A stretch of 64,000 nt of DNA from Crocinitomicaceae bacterium (GTDB lineage: Bacteria; Bacteroidota; Bacteroidia; Flavobacteriales_D; Crocinitomicaceae): contig JAQWHI010000012.1 of the NCBI GenBank assembly GCA_029249445.1, forward strand, positions 1,061 to 65,060, written 5' to 3'. Below the pieces are notes generated by a model that made no database searches, was not told where the DNA came from, and worked only from the letters and a program-made list of their open reading frames with translations. Positions 10,223 through 17,859 of the stretch are shown here, one piece after another; the first letter of the stretch is position 1; the number at the start of each line of letters is the position of its first letter. Made by a program: the position numbers and the translations under genes.

Positions 10223-10404
10223 CTTAAACAAAACGTACAAAATGAGCAATAGGTTGTCTTTTATTTCAAAATAATTTGAGTTTTTCGATTTATCACTTAC
10301 GTTATTTGAAACAAGAAAAAGAGACGAAATTGCTGTTGAATGAATTGTTGCTCTGGATTTAAACAACCTTTCTTTATTCTATTCGTTTTTTCAACAACTA
10401 TCAC

Positions 10405-10412
10405 TATTTTTG
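10405..10412 (+). promoter_or_regulatory. -7 promoter box (TATTTTTG) 4 nt from the start codon
   Basis: TATTTTTG ends 4 nt before the ATG at 10417, which implies a leaderless or near-leaderless mRNA. Confidence 0.45.
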
Positions 10413-10416
10413 CTTT

Positions 10417-13098
10417 ATGCGCTTGCTTATTTTTCTACTACTTCTCGTAAATTGCGTTTTTGTTCATGCACAATCGTTTGTTTTTGCGCAATTAAACGGT
10501 TCTCCAGTAATGAATGTGACTGGATGGAATTTAACAGGGAACGCGTTCGTTGGAGATACACCGGGTGATATTGATAATTTTAATAATGAGTTGATTTTAA
10601 CAAGTCCGGCCAATGGTCAGAGCGGAGGAGCATTTTTTGCAAACCCGATTGACCCATCAATTTGTTCACGCTGGACTGTTGAGTTTGAATACCGCATGTG
10701 GGACGGAAACGCTGCTGATGGTATTGCATTCTGTTTTCTTGACGTCCCGCCCGCTGGCTTTGTCTCAGGAGGTGGGATAGGAATTCCCGGAGCAGCAAAC
10801 GGTTTGAAGGTAGTTTTAGATTCTTGGGATAATTGTGGCTTAGCAAATCCAGAACTTCAAATTTATAATGGGCTTGGATACAATGAGTGTGTTGCAGGAA
10901 TTGTTAAAATTGGCAATGTAGGAGGAAACTTAAATTTTGTTCGCAATGCAAATTATCAGCCAGCGAAAATAGTTTATGACAATGGAAACATTGATTTTTA
11001 CATAAACAATACATTGTATTTGAGCACTTTTAGTCTGATCAATTTTTCTGGTTATATGGGCTTTACAGCAAGTACAGGAGGGTTTAATGATAGACATTCG
11101 ATACGAAATGTCATTATTTATACAGAGCAAGCGGTTTCAGATGCAGGTTTAGATATGGCAACATGCAGCGACACAAGCGTACAGATTGGAAGTGTAAACA
11201 ATCCAAACTATCAATATTTATGGACCCCAGCAATTGGGCTTAGCGACAGCACTTTGTCGGACCCTGTTTGTACATTAACCAATATCTCTGGAGGACCAAT
11301 TACGCAGCAATACATTGTTACGACAACTTTAACCAACAATCCGTCTGGATGCCCAAACACGGATACAGTTGTTGTAACGGTTCTCCCTTCTTTGGATACA
11401 ACATTGAATGTAACGTTGTGTGATTCACAATACCTTTTCAATGGGACCGCCTTAGGTGTTTCGGGGGTATATACAGAAAATTTTCAAACTCAGAATGGTT
11501 GTGATAGTTTGGTGACTTTGAACCTTACGATAAACAACAGTGTTGCTTCAATAGACAATCAAATTTCTTGTGGGCCATTTACCTGGGTTGATGGTGTCGT
11601 TTATAGTACGAGCACAACTACACCGGACTATGTTGTGCCATCAGGCGCAGCAAATGGTTGCGACTCAGTTGTTACGCTTCATTTAACGGTGCTTGATATT
11701 CCGACAGGAGTAGACACCCAAACAGCATGTGAATCCTTCACATGGATTGATGGTGTGGTATATACAAGCAGTACGACCACTCCGACACATGTAATAACTG
11801 GCGGCGCAGCAAATGGATGTGACTCAATAGTTACCCTTGATTTAACGGTAATTTACAATGCTTCTTCATTCGACTCTCATGTAAGTTGCAATAGTTTTTT
11901 GTGGGTTGATGGAAACACATATGTATCGAGCAACAATTCAGCAACTGATACTATTTATGGAGGCGCAGCAAATGGATGTGATTCAATTGTCACGCTTGAT
12001 TTGACCATTTTTAATGATGTCAATTATACTGATGTCATTTTTGCATGTGATAGTTTCACCTGGATTGATGGTACAACTTACTATTCAAATAATACCTCGG
12101 CAGAATTTACTTACCCAGCAGCGAGCCTGAACGGCTGTGACAGTATCGTAAGTCTAGATTTAACGGTGCACACATCTACTCTTGGCACTGACATTCAAAC
12201 CTCCTGCGGACCTTATACATGGATTAACGGAATAGAATACAGCGCTTCTACGACAGCTCCATTTGACACATTATTTGGAGCCGCCTATGGCGGCTGTGAT
12301 AGCATTGTTAACTTGAACTTAACAGTCTTTGAGGTGCCAGAATTGAGCATTTCGGATGACACAACGGTGTGCATTGGTAGCGAAGCTGTAATTTCGGTAA
12401 GCGGTGCCTTTACCTATGTATGGTCGTCCAACAGTCCAACCCCGAACGGAAGTCAAATCATGGTGGTGCCATCAACGACAAGCACATATACAGTTACAGG
12501 AACAACGACAGATGGGTGTTTTTCTTCTGCTTCTTCGACAGTTGATGTAGTTCCAAATCCAGTAGCAAGCTTTTATGTAACACCTTCAGAATTAGACATC
12601 CTTTACAATACGACAGCATCGTTTTCTAATACATCAACAAACGCAACGTATTACCAATGGGACATGGGTGATGGATCTCCATATATTTACTCAGAAGATG
12701 CAACACACACTTTTGATAGTGAAACAGTTGGCACCTACGCTGTTGGCTTGTATGTGGAAAATAGCGAGGGGTGCTCGGATAGCACAATTGTTTTTGTAGA
12801 TGTTATTGAGGGACTCAGTATTTTTATACCCAATACATTCACACCGGACGGGGATAAATTCAACCAAAGGTTTAATCCAGTTTTAGCAGGTGATTTTGAT
12901 GTTGATGATTACTCCTTTGAGATATTCAATCGTTGGGGTAATCTCGTATTTTTCACAACGGACCCAGCCGAAGGGTGGGATGGAGGCTTTGAGAACCATT
13001 CAAGCCAAGCAGGAACCTATCATTATAAGCTGACGTATAGACGAAAAAATGATTTTGAAAAGAGTATACTTGTCGGTCATGTAAATTTGATTCGGTAG
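10417..13098 (+). CDS. L-type (legume-like) lectin domain surface protein with Cys-containing tandem repeats and T9SS type B CTD
   Basis: Residues ~20-235 carry lectin_legB-like motifs (AADGIAFCF, GYMGFTASTGGFNDRHSIRNV). Six ~53-aa repeats follow. The C-terminus FIPNTFTPDGDKFNQRF...FEIFNRWGNLVF...GWDG...GHVNLIR is a type B CTD. Confidence 0.9.
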   Translation: MRLLIFLLLLVNCVFVHAQSFVFAQLNGSPVMNVTGWNLTGNAFVGDTPGDIDNFNNELILTSPANGQSGGAFFANPIDPSICSRWTVEFEYRMWDGNAADGIAFCFLDVPPAGFVSGGGIGIPGAANGLKVVLDSWDNCGLANPELQIYNGLGYNECVAGIVKIGNVGGNLNFVRNANYQPAKIVYDNGNIDFYINNTLYLSTFSLINFSGYMGFTASTGGFNDRHSIRNVIIYTEQAVSDAGLDMATCSDTSVQIGSVNNPNYQYLWTPAIGLSDSTLSDPVCTLTNISGGPITQQYIVTTTLTNNPSGCPNTDTVVVTVLPSLDTTLNVTLCDSQYLFNGTALGVSGVYTENFQTQNGCDSLVTLNLTINNSVASIDNQISCGPFTWVDGVVYSTSTTTPDYVVPSGAANGCDSVVTLHLTVLDIPTGVDTQTACESFTWIDGVVYTSSTTTPTHVITGGAANGCDSIVTLDLTVIYNASSFDSHVSCNSFLWVDGNTYVSSNNSATDTIYGGAANGCDSIVTLDLTIFNDVNYTDVIFACDSFTWIDGTTYYSNNTSAEFTYPAASLNGCDSIVSLDLTVHTSTLGTDIQTSCGPYTWINGIEYSASTTAPFDTLFGAAYGGCDSIVNLNLTVFEVPELSISDDTTVCIGSEAVISVSGAFTYVWSSNSPTPNGSQIMVVPSTTSTYTVTGTTTDGCFSSASSTVDVVPNPVASFYVTPSELDILYNTTASFSNTSTNATYYQWDMGDGSPYIYSEDATHTFDSETVGTYAVGLYVENSEGCSDSTIVFVDVIEGLSIFIPNTFTPDGDKFNQRFNPVLAGDFDVDDYSFEIFNRWGNLVFFTTDPAEGWDGGFENHSSQAGTYHYKLTYRRKNDFEKSILVGHVNLIR
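11419..12327 (+). repeat. six in-frame tandem coding repeats (~159 nt / ~53 aa): C-x-(S/P)-F-x-W-(I/V)-(D/N)-G...(A)NGCDS(I/V)V(T/S)L(D/H/N)LT
   Basis: The repeat-initial Cys falls at residues 335, 385, 438, 491, 544 and 597 of the ORF. Near-identical DNA stretches (gcagcaaatggatgtga.tcaat.gt.ac.cttgattt) recur at about 11810 and 11960. Confidence 0.85.
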
Positions 13099-13318
13099 AA
13101 CCAATTAAGCCAATCATGTCTATTTTATAGCTTAAAAGCTGATGGTGAAAAATTAATTCACAATAAGACTTAATTTGAATCATAACCGGAGACTTGACTC
13201 CAAAAGACGAAAGCTATACGAGAGAACTATAAAAAAAGGGAGCTAAATACCGTTTCGAGGTGCAGGATAAAATTACATTTGTTTAACAAAAAACAAAAAA
13301 GGTTAAACAAAATTTAAT

Positions 13319-13326
13319 TACCTTTG
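13319..13326 (+). promoter_or_regulatory. -7 promoter box (TACCTTTG) 4 nt from the start codon
   Basis: TACCTTTG ends 4 nt before the ATG at 13331. Confidence 0.45.
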
Positions 13327-13330
13327 ATGT

Positions 13331-13855
13331 ATGAAACATCTATTATTTATAACAATTTTATTTAGTGCTTTTATGTCAAATGGACAAGACAACCTGCGCG
13401 ATTATTCATTTACGAGTATCGACGGCGAGACAATAAACCTTACTCGTTTTGAGGGCAAAAAACTATTGTTTATTAATGTTGCATCAAGGTGCGGCTTTAC
13501 TGGACAATACAGAGAACTTCAAGAACTTCATGAGAGGTATGGAGAAGAAGTTATTTTAATTGGTTTTCCATGTGATCAATTTGGAGGTCAAGAACCCGGT
13601 GAGGAGGCTCAAATTAAATCCTTTTGTGAAAAGAATTATGGGGTTACTTTTTTAATGGCTTCGAAGATTGAGGTGAAAGGTAGAGGTCAACATCCGATAT
13701 ACAACTGGCTTACATCTAAAGAATTGAATGGAGTATCAGACAGTTCAGTTTCATGGAACTTCGAGAAATTCCTTATAGACGAAAAAGGACAACTCGCAGG
13801 TCATTTTAAATCTGCAGTGCGTCCATTGAGCGAAAAAATCACTTCATTGCTTTAG
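13331..13855 (+). CDS. glutathione peroxidase family thiol peroxidase (Cys-type), with signal-like N-terminus
   Basis: NVASRCGFTGQY...LHERY...ILGFPCDQFGGQEPG...WNFEKFLI are the canonical GPx motifs. The catalytic residue is Cys, not a TGA-encoded Sec. Confidence 0.9.
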   Translation: MKHLLFITILFSAFMSNGQDNLRDYSFTSIDGETINLTRFEGKKLLFINVASRCGFTGQYRELQELHERYGEEVILIGFPCDQFGGQEPGEEAQIKSFCEKNYGVTFLMASKIEVKGRGQHPIYNWLTSKELNGVSDSSVSWNFEKFLIDEKGQLAGHFKSAVRPLSEKITSLL

Positions 13856-13902
13856 ATAGCTGACAATGAAAATGGTTACTACTTATATTAAGTAGACCAG
13901 TA

Positions 13903-13942
13903 AAAACAAAAAGGGCGCCCATGAAGGCGCCCTTTTTGTTTT
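13903..13942. terminator. bidirectional rho-independent terminator
   Basis: GGGCGCC (13913-13919) pairs with GGCGCCC (13926-13932) around a 6-nt loop. An A-tract lies upstream and a T-tract downstream. It sits between convergent genes. Confidence 0.8.
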
Positions 13943-13952
13943 GGACATGATA

Positions 13953-14366
13953 TTAGCAATACTGGTTGTAGGCCTCACATAAATTTTCAGAAATCATTTT
14001 TGCTGTTCCTCCTTCAATATGGTGTCGCTCTAAGAAATGTACTAGTTTTCCATCTTTGAATAAAGCAATCGACGGCGAAGATGGTGGATACGGTAAAAAG
14101 TATTTTCTCGCTTGTGTCGTTGCATCTCCGTCAACTCCTGCAAAAACAGTTGCTAATGTGGTCGGAAGTTTGTCGTGTTCCAATGATAACTTTACTCCTG
14201 GGCGCATATTTCCTGCAGCACAACCACAAACGGAATTTACAACAAGTAATAAACTTTCGCCGCTATTTTCAATAATCTCGTCAACTTCATCAGGAGAAAC
14301 AAGCTGATTAAATCCAACACTTGTTAAATCATCCTTCATCGGTTGAACTAGTTCTGGTGGGTACAT
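13953..14366 (-). CDS. BrxA/BrxB-family bacilliredoxin (DUF1094/YphP-YqiW type)
   Basis: MYPPELVQPMKDDLTSVGF...LLVVNSVCGCAAGNMRPG carries the family CGC redox motif. The 137-aa length is typical. Confidence 0.85.
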   Translation of the reverse strand: MYPPELVQPMKDDLTSVGFNQLVSPDEVDEIIENSGESLLLVVNSVCGCAAGNMRPGVKLSLEHDKLPTTLATVFAGVDGDATTQARKYFLPYPPSSPSIALFKDGKLVHFLERHHIEGGTAKMISENLCEAYNQYC

Positions 14367-14532
14367 ATTATTTTGTGTTTATTTTATGATTAAAAATGAG
14401 AAACAAAATTAAGAAATATCTTGTCTGTAAATGGATTTAAATTTCTGAAAAACAAATTTTAAACGAGTGCCTGACGATAAAGCGTTTTAAGGATGCACTA
14501 AAAAAAGAAAGACGAGTAGTTTCAGTTGTGGG

Positions 14533-15573
14533 TCAGCGCTCAAATCGTTTGATGTCCATTTCTTTATTTAGAGTAGTTCTGTTAATCAAGTAGTCGACAA
14601 ATTCTTCCGCTAATTTTGGAGCCAGCAGATACCCTTTTGTTCCAAGACCATTGAAAATGTGATAATTTTTCTTCTCACTGTGGGTGCCGATCAATGGACG
14701 GCGGTCCTCTACTGTCGGACGTATTCCTGCCGCTTGGTCAATCACCGCAATTGGTTCGTTTGTGAGATGAGCCGCCTTATCTAAAATTATTTTTCGCGCT
14801 TTTTCTGTTGTATGAAGCGACGTAGTGTGCCACTCGTAGGTTGATCCCACTTTGAATTGTTGATTTCCTAGAGGAAGAATAAAGCATTTTCTATTTACAG
14901 ACTCGTCTTCAGGAATCCCTTCCGAATGAATTGTTAAGGTTTCTCCTTTCGTTTGATTTAAGGGCAAATACCCAAACCATGGGTTGTTTTTCCCTTGGTA
15001 TCCTTCACAGAAAATGACGTCACTGTAGTGGTTCCCATTAAACGTGCCGTCTTCAAGTGTTTTATAATCAAGGGTTTCAGTGAGAAGTGTGCCATTATTA
15101 GAAATCCACTTTTTCATTGCGCTTAAAAAAACAGGAGGGTTGATGTAAGCTCCATTTTTCAATCTGCCTGAACCAAAAGGATTGAGCGCGCGATCATAAA
15201 TCTCATCTGCTTTAGTAATTTGATACATAAAGTTTTGAAAATCTTCGCGGGCTTGTTTTTTTATCCAAAGACCCCGTTCTTCTTCACTTGAAAACATCCG
15301 GCGAATTTGAATAGGATGATAGAAACTACTGACAGTTTCAGCTTCCATTTTCCGGTAAAACTGTTGCAGTGCTGGAACAAAATCATCGACACGCCAGCCT
15401 TTTGTTATTCTACGAAAAACAAGAGGTGTAATCATTCCCGCCGCAATAATGGAACTGTGATTCACCCCGCTGTCTATAACGGTAACCGACTGTTCCTTTT
15501 CAATTAAATGTGTAGCGACGGTTAGTCCAGCAACACCAGCACCGACGATTAAATAATTTTTTTTGCGTTCCAT
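14533..15573 (-). CDS. FAD-dependent oxidoreductase (DAO family)
   Basis: NYLIVGAGVAGLTVATHLIEKEQSVTVID is a dinucleotide-binding motif. Start set to the ATG at 15573, because the track's TTG start is part of a TACCTTTG -7 box. Confidence 0.8.
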   Translation of the reverse strand: MERKKNYLIVGAGVAGLTVATHLIEKEQSVTVIDSGVNHSSIIAAGMITPLVFRRITKGWRVDDFVPALQQFYRKMEAETVSSFYHPIQIRRMFSSEEERGLWIKKQAREDFQNFMYQITKADEIYDRALNPFGSGRLKNGAYINPPVFLSAMKKWISNNGTLLTETLDYKTLEDGTFNGNHYSDVIFCEGYQGKNNPWFGYLPLNQTKGETLTIHSEGIPEDESVNRKCFILPLGNQQFKVGSTYEWHTTSLHTTEKARKIILDKAAHLTNEPIAVIDQAAGIRPTVEDRRPLIGTHSEKKNYHIFNGLGTKGYLLAPKLAEEFVDYLINRTTLNKEMDIKRFER

Positions 15574-15579
15574 TACGCA

Positions 15580-15587
15580 CAAAGGTA
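15580..15587 (-). promoter_or_regulatory. -7 promoter box (TACCTTTG) 6 nt from the start codon
   Basis: The minus strand reads TACCTTTG, then TGCGTA, then ATG (15573). Confidence 0.45.
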
Positions 15588-15646
15588 AAACAACAATTCA
15601 CCTTTCGGAAAAGATATTTATTTTCTTCTTTATTGAAGAAGGCCGA

Positions 15647-16361
15647 CTAGTCGATTGCAAGTGTGACAACACTAACTTGTGTGTTTGGTGCAACGTTATT
15701 TATTTCACGCACTAACGTTTCGATTGTTGACCCTGTGGTAACAACGTCATCGATGAGCACCACATGCTTTATACTTACATATGGATTGGCGAACTGAGAA
15801 TATAGAGTCAACATTATCCCAGCGCTGAAAGCGTGTTTTTTTGGTTTGCATAGCGGTATTTTTTATCCGTTTTACGAGTTTCTTTTTTATTGGAACTCCG
15901 ATGGCGGCGCTTACTCCTTTTGCAAGTGACATGCTTTGGTTGTAGCCGCGGAGAAATTCTTTTTTATAATGTAATGGAACAGGGATCAGCGCTTCTGCGT
16001 TATTAAGCGCATCAATTTTTATTAAACATCGACCTATTTCTTCCCCAAAATACCACCCAATTTGAGGATTATTTTTGTATTTCAAATTGAAGAGGAGCGT
16101 TTGTGTTGCAGAGTTTTTCCTGTAGTAAAAGTGCGCGTAAGTTACTTTTGGTTGAACACGCCCCCAGAAAAGTTTATCTGCTTCAGTTGCTTCTTGATAC
16201 AAGTGAAAGAAGGTTTTGACCAATGCACTATCGCAAAGTGAACAAACAAATTGTTCGGTTTGGATCAATTCGGATTCGCAAACCAAACAGGCAGATGGAT
16301 AGAGCAAGTGAATGAGGTCTTTTATGATATTTTTTTGGTTCAGTTGGGGTAAAATGTTCAT
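15647..16361 (-). pseudogene. comF: ComF-family (phosphoribosyltransferase-type competence) gene interrupted by a frameshift
   Basis: Track ORF 15747..16361 has the N-terminal double CxxC (CLVCESEL...CSLCDS) and the ...TKKTRFQRWDNVDSIFSVR core, then ends in ...QSICKYKACGAHR*. The shifted frame reads NPYVSIKHVVLIDDVVTTGSTIETLVREINNVAPNTQVSVVTLAID*, which is the PRTase motif, with its stop at 15647-15649. The total span is 715 nt, so it is not divisible by 3. Confidence 0.7.
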
Positions 16362-16816
16362 GAAACATGGACTTTATCAGCAGTGTCGAACTAACTAACA
16401 AACGACTGTTTAAAATAATTAAAATTTTTCAATTGTAGTCGTGGGAAAGTGTTGTAATTTTAAAGAACTCATGTTGGAAATAGGCACTGACATCAGGCGC
16501 AAGGCAGATGTGAGTTATTTATCGACAGTGTTAGTGAATTAAACTGTGAATATCTTTGCAAAAGATGTTGAAAAGTTGCTAACAGTTGAGTTTAAAGGGG
16601 TTTGCATGTCCAATGTTAATAACGTACAGGAATTGTGAATTTCTTTAGTTGGAAGAAGAAAGAATTTTGACAATTTTTGTATACCTCTCAATAAACAAAT
16701 CACCTGAGCGAAACGCACCTGGTTTACTAGAGGAAACATAAACCTTAAAGAAAAGAGCAAAAACGAAAAATAGTAATTTTTCGAATGGGGATATATACGT
16801 TAAAAACTAGAGTAAA

Positions 16817-17788
16817 ATGGAACAAAAAGAACCAATATTAGAGGAAAATAAAAACAGGTTTGTACTGTTTCCAATTCAGCATGATGACATTTGGAAAGCA
16901 TACAAAATGCAAGAGGCTTCCATTTGGACGGCAGAAGAGCTTGATTTATCGCAAGACATTGTTGATTGGACAGAAAAATTAACTGATGACGAGCGTTATT
17001 TTATAAAGCACATTCTTGCCTTTTTTGCTGCCTCAGATGGGATTGTAAATGAAAATTTAGCGGAAAATTTTGTAAAAGAAGTTCAGTATACAGAAGCGAA
17101 ATTCTTTTATGGTTTTCAAATTATGATGGAAAACATTCATTCCGAAACATATTCTTTACTCATTGATACATACATTAAAGATGATGCTGAGAAAGATTAC
17201 TTGTTTAACGCGCTAGAAACGTTCCCTCCTGTGAAGAAAAAAGCGGAATGGGCATTGGATTGGATTGACAATGGGAATTTTGCGCAGCGTTTGGTTGCTT
17301 TTGCAGCTGTTGAAGGAATCTTCTTTTCTGGATCTTTTTGTTCTCTATTCTGGCTGAAGAAACGAGGATTAATGCCAGGATTGACATTCTCTAACGAGTT
17401 GATTTCTCGTGACGAAGGAATGCACATGGAATTTGCAGTCCTACTCTACAATGATCATTTAAAAAACAAACTTCCAAAAGAGGAAGTGCAAAAGATCATT
17501 ACAAGAGCTGTTGAAATAGAAAAAGAATTTATAATCGAGTCGTTACCAGTCAAATTGATTGGGATGAATGCAGACTTGATGTCACAATATATTGAGTTTG
17601 TTGCCGACAGATTATTAACTGAGCTTGGAAACGAGAAAGTTTATAACGCCACAAACCCATTTGACTTTATGGATATGATTAGCCTTCAAGGGAAAACGAA
17701 TTTCTTTGAAAAAAGAGTTGGAGAATATCAAAAGGCGGGAGTCCTTAACCAAGATAACCAAACATTTAGCCTAGACGAAGACTTTTAA
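16817..17788 (+). CDS. nrdB: ribonucleoside-diphosphate reductase subunit beta (class Ia R2)
   Basis: NRFVLFPI...W..Y......FW.AEE.DL, the FFAASDGIV and ENIHSETYS di-iron ligand motifs, and the C-terminal FSLDEDF tail. Confidence 0.95.
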   Translation: MEQKEPILEENKNRFVLFPIQHDDIWKAYKMQEASIWTAEELDLSQDIVDWTEKLTDDERYFIKHILAFFAASDGIVNENLAENFVKEVQYTEAKFFYGFQIMMENIHSETYSLLIDTYIKDDAEKDYLFNALETFPPVKKKAEWALDWIDNGNFAQRLVAFAAVEGIFFSGSFCSLFWLKKRGLMPGLTFSNELISRDEGMHMEFAVLLYNDHLKNKLPKEEVQKIITRAVEIEKEFIIESLPVKLIGMNADLMSQYIEFVADRLLTELGNEKVYNATNPFDFMDMISLQGKTNFFEKRVGEYQKAGVLNQDNQTFSLDEDF

Positions 17789-17859
17789 CAACAACCAACT
17801 GGGCCTCACATTAGCTTGTGATGCCAAACAAGAAATTAAGGAACCAAAAACCAAGCGCT

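Noticed and set aside
11419-12327. Regularly spaced direct repeats that could be mistaken for a CRISPR-like array (also 48861..52223)
   Set aside because: The repeats are in frame inside long ORFs. Their periods (159 and ~246 nt) are multiples of three. Units are similar at protein level rather than identical at DNA level, and there is no repeat-spacer organisation.
13331-13855. Possible selenocysteine recoding in the GPx homologue
   Set aside because: The catalytic position is an ordinary Cys codon (…ASRCGFT…). There is no in-frame TGA and no SECIS-like hairpin.
16539-16760. 73-aa minus-strand ORF in the nrdB upstream spacer
   Set aside because: It has no motifs and an odd composition, and it lies in an AT-rich spacer. 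I kept the spacer itself as a low-interest finding instead.
16780-16816. GGGGATATATACGTT just upstream of nrdB as a possible NrdR box
   Set aside because: It matches the palindromic NrdR consensus only partially, and there is no second box at the expected ~31-bp phasing.
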